This document shows positions 31,091 to 40,822 of a stretch of 64,000 nt of DNA, in pieces. The translations under genes and the position numbers were made by a program. Source of the stretch: Patescibacteria group bacterium (lineage in GTDB: Bacteria; Patescibacteriota; Patescibacteriia; UBA9570; JAHJKD01); NCBI GenBank assembly GCA_043798935.1, contig JAZDOC010000002.1, forward strand, positions 20,874-84,873, given 5' to 3'. Positions within the stretch are counted from its first letter, which is position 1; every line of letters begins with the position of its first letter. The notes below the pieces were generated by a model. It was not told the DNA's origin. It did not search any database and saw only the letters and a program-made list of their open reading frames with translations.

Positions 31091-31127
31091 CATGGAGGCG
31101 CGATTCCGGAACCGCGCCTTCTGCATG
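31091..31127. terminator. Bidirectional GC-rich hairpin GGAGGCGCG-attccggaa-CGCGCCTTC between the convergent lipoprotein gene and gdhA
   Basis: Read directly. Shares the GGCGCG/CGCGCC core with the palindrome family. Confidence 0.5.
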
Positions 31128-31146
31128 TTGTTTTAAAGAAGAGTTA

Positions 31147-32388
31147 TTAAAACCCTCTAAGTTTCATGGCATCTGCGATTCTGCCAGTTGCTAAAATGTA
31201 AGCGGCCGTTCTTAAATCACAGTTATATTTTTCATGAAGCTTCCAGATAGCATTAAAATTATTAACCATAATAGGTTCTAATTTAGCTAACACTTCGGCT
31301 TCGGACCAATAATAATTGTAAGTATTTTGCACACCTTCAAAATAAGAAACTGTTACACCACCAGCATTAGCTAAAATATCCGGTGCTAATAAAATTTTCT
31401 TTTTAGCAAAAATTTCATCAGCTTCTGGTGTTGTAGGTCCATTTGCTAATTCTACTACAGCCCTGGCTTTTACTTTACCAGCGTTCTCTTTGGTAATTAC
31501 ATTTTCTAATGCGGCCGGAATTAAAATATCGCATTTAACTTCTAGGATCTGTTTATTGGTAATGTTTTTTGATCCTGCATAGTCTTGCACTGAACCATTT
31601 TTCTTTTTGTGTTCTTCAACTTTTACTGGATCTAAGCCTTTAGGATCTAAAATACCACCTTTGGAATCGGAAACAGCGATAATTTTATAACCTTTTTTAT
31701 GTAAAATTTTCGCCATATAAGAACCGGCATTACCGAAGCCCTGAATTACTACAGACGAGCCTTTTTTAAGTTTCATCTTTTTGGCTAATTCTAAAGTTAC
31801 ATAAACCCCGCCTTGAGCAGTTGAATATCCACGACCTTCACTGCCACCGACAGCTAAAGGTTTTCCAGTAATAATGGCCGGCGCATACTCACCATTATTT
31901 AACATAAAATATTCGTCCATCATCCAAGTCATAATCTGCGGTGTTGTATAAACATCCGGAGCCGGAACGTCTATCGCAGGTCCTAAATCTCGACTTAAAG
32001 CTCTAATAAAACCCCGAGATAATCTTTCTAATTCTGTCTGGCTAAGCTCTTTAGGGTTAACGGTTACACCGCCTTTGCCGCCGCCCATGGGAATGCCAAC
32101 GGTTGCACATTTAAAAGTCATCCAAAAAGACAAAGCTTTTACTTCATTGATATCGGTGTCAGGATGAAAACGAATACCGCCCTTATTAGGACCGCGAGTG
32201 TTATCATATTGAACACGATAACCCTCGTAAACTTTTAAGCTACCGTCATCCATTCGCACTGGAATGGAAACATGAATTTCTTTCTTGGGTTTTTGCAATC
32301 TGGCATAAACTTCTGGATCTAAATCCATAAGATCAGCTGCTTTTTTAAGCTGAGCCAAAGCATTTTTGAACGGATTGATTTTCGCCAT
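31147..32388 (-). CDS. gdhA: Glutamate dehydrogenase (Glu/Leu/Phe/Val dehydrogenase family)
   Basis: Catalytic-lysine glycine-rich motif IPMGGGKGG. NAD(P)-binding GFGNAGS. 413 aa. Confidence 0.85.
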   Translation of the reverse strand: MAKINPFKNALAQLKKAADLMDLDPEVYARLQKPKKEIHVSIPVRMDDGSLKVYEGYRVQYDNTRGPNKGGIRFHPDTDINEVKALSFWMTFKCATVGIPMGGGKGGVTVNPKELSQTELERLSRGFIRALSRDLGPAIDVPAPDVYTTPQIMTWMMDEYFMLNNGEYAPAIITGKPLAVGGSEGRGYSTAQGGVYVTLELAKKMKLKKGSSVVIQGFGNAGSYMAKILHKKGYKIIAVSDSKGGILDPKGLDPVKVEEHKKKNGSVQDYAGSKNITNKQILEVKCDILIPAALENVITKENAGKVKARAVVELANGPTTPEADEIFAKKKILLAPDILANAGGVTVSYFEGVQNTYNYYWSEAEVLAKLEPIMVNNFNAIWKLHEKYNCDLRTAAYILATGRIADAMKLRGF

Positions 32389-32415
32389 AATTCTTTTATT
32401 GATTAAATTAATTGT

Positions 32416-33603
32416 TTAATAATAAGATTCTAACGCTTTTTGCAAAATAAATAAAGCCCTCTTTAGTGCACTGGTTTTCAACACATAAGCTAAGCGCACT
32501 TGATTGACCCCTAAATCTTTAGTTGCGTAAAAACCCGGTGCCGGTGCCAACAAAACTGTTTCACCCTGATAATCGAATTTTTCTATCAACCATTTAGCAA
32601 AATTTTCACTGGATTTCACGGGTAAACCACAAACAATATAAAACGCGCCTTCGGGTTTGGAAAAGGTAAGACAGGGTATTTTTTTTAAAGCTTCATAAAC
32701 AACGTCGCGTCTTTTTTTATATTCGCTTATGACCGGGGTAATATATTTCTGAGAATTTTCGAGAATGGGAACCACGGCTAATTGTTCTATGGTTGAAACC
32801 GATAAACGTGCCATGCAAAATTTTAATACAGCTTGCATCACTTCTGTATTATGGCTAGCTATGGCGCCAATGCGTGCCCCGCAAACATTAAATCTTTTTG
32901 ATGCACTATCCACTAAAATTACTCTGTCTTGGGCTGTTTTAAAATTCATGAGTGAAAAACATTTTTCACCCGTAAAAGAAAATTCCCGATATGTCTCATC
33001 GGTAATAATAAATAAATTATGTTTAATAGCCAATTTCACTAATCTAGCAAGTTCAGCTTTTTTAAACACCGTGCCTGTAGGATTAGATGGGTTGGTAAAA
33101 ATAAAAGCTTTGGTTTTAGGGGTAATGGATTTTTCAATTTCTTTATTAGATGGTAAATGGAAACCATTTTTAATACTTAGTGTGACGGCTTTAATATTTA
33201 TTCCGCCGATAGAACCAAAGCCATTGTAATTTGTATAAAATGGTTCAAAGGCCAGGATCTCTTCGCCCGGATCGGCCACGGCACACATGGCAAAGATGAG
33301 CGCCTCAGACCCACCTTGCGTAATAATAATTTCTTCAGGCTTTAAATTGATTCGGACTGTTTTAAAATATTTTTGCCATGCCAATCGAGTTATCTCTAAA
33401 CCCTGCGACTGTGCATAAGCTGTGGGATTCTGTTTAAACTTCTTTAATTCCCGGTAGTAAGGGGCTGGGGTTTTAATGTCGGGTTGGCCAATGTTTAAAT
33501 GGTAAACTTTAATGCCCTGCTTTTTCCGTTGTTCAGCCAAACCAACCAGTTTACGAAGAGGCGACGCTGGCATATTAGTAGCACGCTTAGATATTTTTGG
33601 CAT
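32416..33603 (-). CDS. PLP-dependent aminotransferase, class I/II (aspartate/aromatic aminotransferase-like)
   Basis: PLP-lysine motif SASKRFNVCGARIG. Fold-type I length. The longest ORF (to 33657) would overlap trxB; the likely start is the ATG at 33603. Confidence 0.7.
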   Translation of the reverse strand: MPKISKRATNMPASPLRKLVGLAEQRKKQGIKVYHLNIGQPDIKTPAPYYRELKKFKQNPTAYAQSQGLEITRLAWQKYFKTVRINLKPEEIIITQGGSEALIFAMCAVADPGEEILAFEPFYTNYNGFGSIGGINIKAVTLSIKNGFHLPSNKEIEKSITPKTKAFIFTNPSNPTGTVFKKAELARLVKLAIKHNLFIITDETYREFSFTGEKCFSLMNFKTAQDRVILVDSASKRFNVCGARIGAIASHNTEVMQAVLKFCMARLSVSTIEQLAVVPILENSQKYITPVISEYKKRRDVVYEALKKIPCLTFSKPEGAFYIVCGLPVKSSENFAKWLIEKFDYQGETVLLAPAPGFYATKDLGVNQVRLAYVLKTSALKRALFILQKALESYY

Positions 33604-33637
33604 GATTAATAATATTAAAGATAAAAAAACAAAACGA

Positions 33638-34585
33638 TTATTTTTTACCCCAATCAACTCCGGCTTGCGCCTGACCGCGCTTTTTTAATAAATATGTATA
33701 AGCCGCTAACGCCGCTTTTACACCTTCACCGGTAGCAATAGCAATTTGTTTTTGATTAACATTAGTAAGATCGCCGGCCGCAAAAATACCTTCTGTATTG
33801 GTACAGCCTTTATGATTAACCACTACTTCTTTTCGATCATTTAATTCCACTAAACCTTCTAAGAAACCAGTGGCCGCCATACGTCCCACTTCAATAAATA
33901 CTCCATCCACCTGTACGTCTTCATTTGCTTCAGTTTTTAAATTTTTAATATTGATAGATTTTACAAATTGTTCGCCTTTGATTTCAGTAATGGCGCTGTC
34001 GTAATAAATAGTAATATTTTTATTGTTCACAATTTCTTTTACCATCACTTCCTCAGCCCTAAACGCATCGCGCCGATGAATAAGGTAAACATGAGTCGCA
34101 ATTTTAGATAAATAATCTGCCGCGTCGAGTGCGCTGTTTCCGCCACCAACCACGGCTACTTTTTTATTACGGTAAAGTGGTGCGTCACAATTAGCACAAT
34201 AAGTAACACCTTTATTCTTATACGTCTGTTCACCCGAAACATCGAGGTTTCGAGGAGTTAAGCCAAAAGCTAAAATTACGCTGTCTGTTTCAACAGTTTC
34301 GTTGTTATAATAAATAATAAATTTATTATCTTTCTTTTCAATTTTACTAACATCACCAAATTTAAATTCTGCACCAAATTTTTCTGCTTGGGTTTTCATT
34401 CGGTTGGCTAATTCAAAACCGTTTATTGGTTCGTTGAAACCAGGATAATTTTCAATATCAGTAGTGGTCGCCATCTGGCCACCAAGATCTTTGGATAAAA
34501 TTAAAGTTTTTAAAGTTCGGCGCGAGGCATAAAGAGCAGCCGTAAGGCCGGCCGGTCCGCCACCAATAATAATTACATCATACAT
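33638..34585 (-). CDS. trxB: Thioredoxin reductase
   Basis: FAD motif IIIGGGPAGLTAA. Redox-active CANC. NADPH motif VVGGGNSA. 315 aa. Confidence 0.85.
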   Translation of the reverse strand: MYDVIIIGGGPAGLTAALYASRRTLKTLILSKDLGGQMATTTDIENYPGFNEPINGFELANRMKTQAEKFGAEFKFGDVSKIEKKDNKFIIYYNNETVETDSVILAFGLTPRNLDVSGEQTYKNKGVTYCANCDAPLYRNKKVAVVGGGNSALDAADYLSKIATHVYLIHRRDAFRAEEVMVKEIVNNKNITIYYDSAITEIKGEQFVKSINIKNLKTEANEDVQVDGVFIEVGRMAATGFLEGLVELNDRKEVVVNHKGCTNTEGIFAAGDLTNVNQKQIAIATGEGVKAALAAYTYLLKKRGQAQAGVDWGKK

Positions 34586-34667
34586 ATGGTTTATAAAAAC
34601 TCGTAAAAATCTCGAATCTTAGATATATTATCCAAAAACAGCGAGTCTCCTGACGAGCTATGTTAAT

Positions 34668-34988
34668 TTATATAAGATTATCAATTTCTTTTTGTAAACT
34701 ATCTTTAGATTGAACGCCCATTAATTGATTAACAGGTTTTCCGTCTTTAAAAAAGATTATAGTTGGGATACTCATGACCTGATACTTTTGCGCCATTTCC
34801 GAATTAGCATCGACATCCAGCTTGCCAATCTTAATTGCTTTTGCTTTGTTGTCTTTGGCTAATTCATCGATAATAGGTTTCAACATTTGGCATGGCCCAC
34901 ACCAGGCAGCCCAAAAATCAACTAGCACTGGTTCTTTTGCATTAATTACTTCTTGTTCGAAGTTTTGATCTGTAAATTCTAACGACAT
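34668..34988 (-). CDS. trxA: Thioredoxin
   Basis: WCGPC active site. 106 aa. Confidence 0.9.
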   Translation of the reverse strand: MSLEFTDQNFEQEVINAKEPVLVDFWAAWCGPCQMLKPIIDELAKDNKAKAIKIGKLDVDANSEMAQKYQVMSIPTIIFFKDGKPVNQLMGVQSKDSLQKEIDNLI

Positions 34989-35065
34989 TTATTATGAAAA
35001 TTAATTATTAGAAACCTTTCGATACGTTTTTGTCGAAGAGTTTTTAGCCCAAACATTTTAACATT

Positions 35066-36304
35066 TTAGATTAGTTTTATCAACTTAACTCTTTTGATTC
35101 TTCTGTCCTCGGCTTCTTCAATAATAATTCTAACTTTATTTATTGTTAGTTCGTCATTTTTTTGTGGAAACCGACCGGTTTGTTCTAATATTATATGAGC
35201 AATACTCTCATACTCATCATCAGATAAATGGACATTAAAAAAACGGTTTATATGCCCTACAGCTGTACTGGCGTCAGCAATAATGGTTTTTTTATCAAGA
35301 CGCTGGATTGTGTTTTCATCAACATCAGTTTCATCACTTATTTCGCCAACAATTTCTTCCAATAAATCTTCCAGTGTAACAATACCGGTAACATCCCCAT
35401 GTTCATCAACCACCGCCGCAATATGAATGTGTTTTTTTTGAAACTCTCTTAACAAAGAATCCAAAGGTTTTTGTTCAGGTATATATAAAGCCGGCTTCAT
35501 TAACTCTTTAATTTTAATATCGCGCCGTTCACACGAAAAAGAAAGATATTCCAAAACATCTTTGGCAAATAGAATTCCTTTAACATTGTCTTCACTGCCA
35601 AAATATACTGGGAAGCGCGAATGACCGGTTTGATTAATAACATTTAACACATCGCCTAAGATTTGGTTGGATTCAAAACTGATCATTTCGCTCCGAACTG
35701 TCATGATATCTTCGGCTTTAATATCGTTTAATAAAAAAATATTTTTAATCATCTCTTTTTCATCTCTTTCTACAGTGCCCTGTTCTTCACCCAGCTCTAC
35801 CAAGGCTTTAACTTCCTCTTCATGAGCCGGTTTGTCTTCCTGCCCGCCAGCCAGTTCGTAAATAGCCCGGGAAAGTTTTGACAAAAAATAAGAAGCTGGA
35901 TATAGCAGATAAAATAATATTAATAATACTGGCGTCATAAATAATGACAATTGAGCCGGATTTTTTTGCGCTAAAGATTTGGGTAAAATTTCACCAAATA
36001 TTAATATGAGCAATGTCATAATACCAGTAGCCACGCCGGCGCCCACAGAACCAAGCGCGTTTATCGCCACTACAGTTGCCAGAGAGGCGGCACCAATATT
36101 AACTAGATTATTTCCGATTAATATTGTAATTAATACTTTGCCAGCATTATTTTTCAGGTACTCTAATTTTTTAGCATTTTTCTTTTTCTTATCAACTAAA
36201 TTTCTAACTTTTGCCACATTCAAAGAAAATAGTGCAATTTCAGCACTAGAAAAAAATCCTGATAAAAAGATTAATAATATTAAAAAAAGTATATTGGCTA
36301 GCAT
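35066..36304 (-). CDS. corC: HlyC/CorC-family transporter (DUF21-CBS pair-CorC_HlyC)
   Basis: N-terminal 4-TM DUF21, tandem CBS region, C-terminal CorC/HlyC domain. 412 aa. Confidence 0.7.
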   Translation of the reverse strand: MLANILFLILLIFLSGFFSSAEIALFSLNVAKVRNLVDKKKKNAKKLEYLKNNAGKVLITILIGNNLVNIGAASLATVVAINALGSVGAGVATGIMTLLILIFGEILPKSLAQKNPAQLSLFMTPVLLILFYLLYPASYFLSKLSRAIYELAGGQEDKPAHEEEVKALVELGEEQGTVERDEKEMIKNIFLLNDIKAEDIMTVRSEMISFESNQILGDVLNVINQTGHSRFPVYFGSEDNVKGILFAKDVLEYLSFSCERRDIKIKELMKPALYIPEQKPLDSLLREFQKKHIHIAAVVDEHGDVTGIVTLEDLLEEIVGEISDETDVDENTIQRLDKKTIIADASTAVGHINRFFNVHLSDDEYESIAHIILEQTGRFPQKNDELTINKVRIIIEEAEDRRIKRVKLIKLI

Positions 36305-36367
36305 TTGTGCTTATTATACATTAACAAAAAAACTCCGGCAACTAACGGACCTAGGCTTTATTGTATT

Positions 36368-37777
36368 TTATCGAGCTATGATCTCATCATAAAGATCCTG
36401 CCACGGTTTAGCCTGTGCTTCTATGTGCCACTTTGTTTTTTCATATATTTTATGATCAAATTCGTCAAGTGCATGTGCGACTTTGTAACGTAATTCAGCG
36501 TCTCTTTTTATTGAGCTTATTCTATAGCGAAGATTTCTTAGGATTTTATCCATATCATCACGACTTCTACCAAAACGACTTTTGGCTATTCGTGCCATTT
36601 TATCAATTTGTTCTATAGAACAATTGCCAGCTACATTTCTGACATTTTCGCTAGTAAAAAAGGATATTATTTCAGAATTTATACTCTTGGTTAATTCATC
36701 TTGTTTTCTTTGTAACAAATTTTCAACCCAGCTTTCGCTCTCATCTGGAATGCTTCTAGTGTAAATAGTATCTAATCTTTGTAATACTCTTTCTAAAACA
36801 GGTTGTTCTAAAACCAACGCGGCTTCCTCAACAAAATGTCCAACTATAAAGGAAATCTCATGATCTAAAAGATATTCCTGAGCAACTATTAATTCAATTA
36901 AAGTTAAAAATTTTTCCAAAGTTTTTGGAGTGGTAAGATTTTCACATAAATCATTTGCGACAAATCTTATTAAGTCTTCTTTAGATAACCCAGACTCTCC
37001 TGTGCAACTATCTATCGCAGTCAAAGCTTTTTCCGGACTGATATCTAATTCAGTGATTATGTTTGCTGTTGCTGTTTTTTCATCTGGGGTAAGCTCTCGA
37101 CTTCCTGGCTTTGATTGCAATTCTTTTCGTTCTTTTTCTTGTTCTGCATCTAATATTTCTAAAATTTCTCTTGGATGTAATCTTTGCAACTGTCTTAATT
37201 CGACTGTTTCATCTCCGCCTCCATATTCTGCTACTCCCAACCTAACAATAGTAGCCGTTCCTGGGTATCCTTCTTCGTATTGTAATAAAGTTACTTTTTG
37301 TCCGGGTCGTAATCGAGAATCTTCCCATCCTATATACATCCGGCTATTCGATGGTGCTGCGCCCTTATCTGGACCGACATAGGTCGCCTCGCTAGAATAA
37401 CCACCATGACTCAGACGTTGCACCTGTAAATTATCTGGATCCACCGGCTGCCTTAGCCCTCTTTCTTTTTGAATAATAGCCCCTCTTTTCCTGGGCGGTA
37501 TTATTGAATTTTTTGACCCTATTACAACTAAGTCTCCATGTTTTATAGCTGGTGTTATCAATTTTTTTGGATTTTTATGATCATATTTAGGAGGTATTTC
37601 CGGACCCAGATAACGTGCATATCTCATTATTATAAAATCTTCATCAGAGGGATCTCTTTGTTCAATTTCTTTTTCTGAAAAAGATAAAAAACTTCCCAAA
37701 GGCTCCACTTCTCTCTGTTCAATTTTTTCTTCTGGTTGAACGGCTGGAGACGGCCATCTTGGTTCAGCTGGATTCAT
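36368..37777 (-). CDS. Hypothetical protein (469 aa), Pro/Arg/Glu-rich, GC content visibly higher than surrounding genes
   Basis: Long uninterrupted ORF; no family recognised. Composition atypical for this genome. Confidence 0.45.
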   Translation of the reverse strand: MNPAEPRWPSPAVQPEEKIEQREVEPLGSFLSFSEKEIEQRDPSDEDFIIMRYARYLGPEIPPKYDHKNPKKLITPAIKHGDLVVIGSKNSIIPPRKRGAIIQKERGLRQPVDPDNLQVQRLSHGGYSSEATYVGPDKGAAPSNSRMYIGWEDSRLRPGQKVTLLQYEEGYPGTATIVRLGVAEYGGGDETVELRQLQRLHPREILEILDAEQEKERKELQSKPGSRELTPDEKTATANIITELDISPEKALTAIDSCTGESGLSKEDLIRFVANDLCENLTTPKTLEKFLTLIELIVAQEYLLDHEISFIVGHFVEEAALVLEQPVLERVLQRLDTIYTRSIPDESESWVENLLQRKQDELTKSINSEIISFFTSENVRNVAGNCSIEQIDKMARIAKSRFGRSRDDMDKILRNLRYRISSIKRDAELRYKVAHALDEFDHKIYEKTKWHIEAQAKPWQDLYDEIIAR

Positions 37778-37917
37778 AATTTTATATTTATAAATTAATT
37801 ATATCAAAATTTTAGCTTAAAATCAAGGCAAAAATAATCTCATACTTATAGCCACGAATCTTTTCATAGTCATAAGTATGTGCTGCAACCCATGTCCTCA
37901 TGAATTGCAGCTCCCCC

Positions 37918-38238
37918 CTATCCCACTAGAGCTCGAGCAATCACAGCGACCTTTCCTTTCAGGAAAGGGGGTCGCCATGTTCTCAGGAAAACAACATCTG
38001 GAGGTTTCTCCATTAAGACATGGAAGTTTCTCTCATCTTGGCCGTTGACGACCTCGACAAAAGCCGCTCCTCTATCCCAGAGGAGCAGTAACCACAGCCA
38101 TGTCCAGAAACTGGGATCATAAAAAGTGAATATCTCTCTGGCCTTTATTTCGGAGAGATCCAGAAATCTGATCCTTCTTTCTTCATAAAAGTCAATTTCA
38201 TACTGCATTTTATTCCCCGTTGTTTCATGCAGCCCCAC
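37918..38238 (-). CDS. Hypothetical small protein (106 aa; may start at internal Met), Trp-rich
   Basis: ORF only. Same atypical composition as the preceding gene. Confidence 0.3.
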   Translation of the reverse strand: MGLHETTGNKMQYEIDFYEERRIRFLDLSEIKAREIFTFYDPSFWTWLWLLLLWDRGAAFVEVVNGQDERNFHVLMEKPPDVVFLRTWRPPFLKGKVAVIARALVG

Positions 38239-38402
38239 TTTACGCCCCTGGAAATGGCTGTCAACAGATATGACAGAATTAGCATTTTTTAAAATATATT
38301 TGGCTGAAATTAGCTAAATTTATAAATAAATGTTGTTATAATAATTGACAAAATACACCAATTTGCTAAGTTGTACACATAATATAATAACTAAAAAATT
38401 CC

Positions 38403-38434
38403 CCCTCTCCGGAAGCGGAGAGGGGGCCGGGGGT
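38403..38434 (+). promoter_or_regulatory. Second copy of the polypyrimidine/polypurine hairpin (CCCCCTCTCC-ggaagc-GGAGAGGGGG) plus GGGGGTGAGG Shine-Dalgarno, ahead of TrmB-like paralog 1
   Basis: Read directly. Parallels 2438-2467. Confidence 0.4.
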
Positions 38435-38442
38435 GAGGTATT

Positions 38443-39204
38443 ATGGATCTAGCCAAAGACTTAACAAGATTGGGCTTATCAGACAGCGAAGCAAAAGTGT
38501 ATTTGTCTTGTCTTCAGCTAGGCAGGGAAACAGTTTTGAATATCGCTAAACACGCTGATCTTAAGAGACCAAGCGTTTATTTGCTTTTAGAAAATTTAGA
38601 GAAACGAGGGTTAGTTACAAAAACCAAAAAAGCTCATAAAACTTTTTTTAAAGCTGAGGAGCCGGGGCGTTTACTTTCTGGTTTAAAAATGCAAGAAGAA
38701 GTAGTTAATTCTATCCTGCCCTCTTTAGAAGCTATTTATAACATTGATCCTAAAAAACCAAATATTAAAATCGCTGAAGGAAATCAAAGCGTGGCTAATG
38801 TCTATAACGGCATTTTTAATTTCATAGCTAACCATCCTAAAGAAGAATTATTAATTTTCGGTGCGCTAAAAGAAGCTAGTAAATATTTTCAAGATGAAGT
38901 ACAAGATTATTTTATGAAAGTAATGGCTAAATCAAAAAATAGAATTAGAGAAGTAGGAAACAATGACCCTGAAACCAGAAGATATTTCCGCCAAGCCCAC
39001 CGCATTAACCCTAATCATGAAATCAGATTAATTAGATCTGACGGAAGTTTTCAATGTGATAATATGATTTTTGGAAACACAGTAGTCATATTTTCTGTAG
39101 ACGAACAAATCTTCTCCACTATTATAGAATCAGCTGCTATTGCCCAAACTTATCGCACCATGTTTAATATGGCCTGGAAAGCCGGAAAGAAATATATTAT
39201 TTAA
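38443..39204 (+). CDS. TrmB-like helix-turn-helix transcriptional regulator, paralog 1
   Basis: N-terminus LTRLGLSDSEAKVYLSCLQLGRETVLNIAKHADLKRPSVYLLLENLEKRGLV matches the TrmB-family wHTH. Conserved C-terminal …F(N/E/D)(M/I)(A/V)W shared with the other two paralogs. Confidence 0.6.
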   Translation: MDLAKDLTRLGLSDSEAKVYLSCLQLGRETVLNIAKHADLKRPSVYLLLENLEKRGLVTKTKKAHKTFFKAEEPGRLLSGLKMQEEVVNSILPSLEAIYNIDPKKPNIKIAEGNQSVANVYNGIFNFIANHPKEELLIFGALKEASKYFQDEVQDYFMKVMAKSKNRIREVGNNDPETRRYFRQAHRINPNHEIRLIRSDGSFQCDNMIFGNTVVIFSVDEQIFSTIIESAAIAQTYRTMFNMAWKAGKKYII

Positions 39205-39272
39205 TTTTTTATACCCCCAATAAATTGAGGGCCTAAAAAAATAAATAGGCCCTGACTTTAATTAGGGTTTAT

Positions 39273-39932
39273 TTAAGAAAATATCTTTGTCCCAACTCTC
39301 ACCAGAGTTGCACCACATTCCAAAGCAATTTCATAATCCTGACTCATACCCATGGATAGCTCGGTTAATCCATATTCGTCTTTATACATATCAAACATTT
39401 GTTTCATTTTTCTAAAATCCTCTCTAGTGGTTTTCTTATCCTGCAGAGCAGTAATAGTCATGAAACCGATTAAATTTATATTTTTAAATTCAGCTAATTT
39501 AGGAAGCAATACTTTTAAATTCTGTTTTACGATTCCGTGTTTATTTTCATCAACACTTACATTTACTTCTACCATGATATCAATGATCTTGTTAATTTTA
39601 GCGCATTCATTATTAATAACCTGGGCTATGGCGAAACTATCTACGCTCTGAATACAATTGAAATATTTAACAACATGCTTCACTTTGTTGGTTTGTAAAT
39701 GTCCGATGAAATGAAATTTAACTCGTTCTTGTAAAGACGCGATTAATCGAGTTTTTACAAATTTACTTTCAAATTCTTGCCATTTGTTTTCACCGATATA
39801 TTGAACACCGGCAGCAATAGCTGTATTAATATGTTCAGCCGAGTGTTTTTTTGTGACCGCTACTAATTTAGCATTGGGGTTAATGCTATAAATTTTATTA
39901 TTAATAATTTTTATATTTTGTTGAATATTCAT
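39273..39932 (-). CDS. yggS: YggS-family PLP homeostasis protein (alanine-racemase N-domain fold)
   Basis: LVAVTKKHSAEHINTAIAAGVQYIGENKWQE matches the YggS PLP-lysine region. 219 aa. Confidence 0.75.
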   Translation of the reverse strand: MNIQQNIKIINNKIYSINPNAKLVAVTKKHSAEHINTAIAAGVQYIGENKWQEFESKFVKTRLIASLQERVKFHFIGHLQTNKVKHVVKYFNCIQSVDSFAIAQVINNECAKINKIIDIMVEVNVSVDENKHGIVKQNLKVLLPKLAEFKNINLIGFMTITALQDKKTTREDFRKMKQMFDMYKDEYGLTELSMGMSQDYEIALECGATLVRVGTKIFS

Positions 39933-40036
39933 ACCTTAATGATATCCCCAATTAGCCAACAGGTAAAGTGTCAGAAATCTTGACAATTACTATAAAATGA
40001 GATTAAATAATAATAAGAGATTCATAGCGATTCAAT

Positions 40037-40822
40037 ATGAATGACAAAATAAAAAAGGCGTTGCAAGAAATCGGCTTAAGTGCAAACGAAGCCAAGCTTT
40101 TTTTGGCGACCTTACAACTTGGAGCTTCAAATATTTCCCAACTCGCTAAAGCTGCGAAAATCAAAAGACCCACGGCTTATTTAGCGTGCGAATCATTGCT
40201 CACAAAAAAGATGTTGCTCGTGGATAAAAAAAATCCTAGCCGTCCTGTATATAAAGCTAGTGATCCACAAAATATTTTAAATGATATTCGAAAAAAAGAA
40301 GAAATTTTTACCAGCATTTTTCCGGAATTACGACGCGTTAGTAAACAAGAATTATTACCTCATGTTCAAATTGCCGTAGACTACGAAGATATAATAAATT
40401 TGTATCGCGAACTCCTAGACCATTCTGCAAAAAAAGAAGTGATGATCTATGGCACTATTAGCCCTGAAGGTAATGAAGAAATTCATAGTAAGCTTTTAAA
40501 ATATTGGATGCGAATGCTAAAGGTAAAACCGGTTAAAATTAGAGAGATTCTAACTTATACGGATCAAAATTTAAACTACGTTCGGCAAGTAGAAAAAAAC
40601 GGCAATAAAAACCACCGAATAAAAGTCATCCCGGAAACTTTTCAGTATTTACCATATCGCATGAAAATCTTAGACGGCGATAATTTTATTTACGATAATA
40701 AAGTAGTTTCTTTTTCATCCTACAAAGAAAGTTTTTATGCGCTAGTTATTCACCATGCTCATATTTATAATATTTACAGAGATTTATTTGAAATGGCTTG
40801 GGAAATGGCTGAAGAAGGCTAA
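40037..40822 (+). CDS. TrmB-like helix-turn-helix transcriptional regulator, paralog 2
   Basis: LQEIGLSANEAKLFLATLQLGASNISQLAKAAKIKRPTAYLACESLLTKKML… wHTH. Shared C-terminal motif. Confidence 0.6.
   Translation: MNDKIKKALQEIGLSANEAKLFLATLQLGASNISQLAKAAKIKRPTAYLACESLLTKKMLLVDKKNPSRPVYKASDPQNILNDIRKKEEIFTSIFPELRRVSKQELLPHVQIAVDYEDIINLYRELLDHSAKKEVMIYGTISPEGNEEIHSKLLKYWMRMLKVKPVKIREILTYTDQNLNYVRQVEKNGNKNHRIKVIPETFQYLPYRMKILDGDNFIYDNKVVSFSSYKESFYALVIHHAHIYNIYRDLFEMAWEMAEEG

Noticed and set aside
36347-36356. GGACCTAGGC as the second att site of the 36-44 kb block
   Set aside because: Only 9 of 11 positions match the tRNA-Ala 3' end, and a similar GACCTAG palindrome occurs at 10445. It could be chance, so it is mentioned in the island finding but not annotated as a feature.
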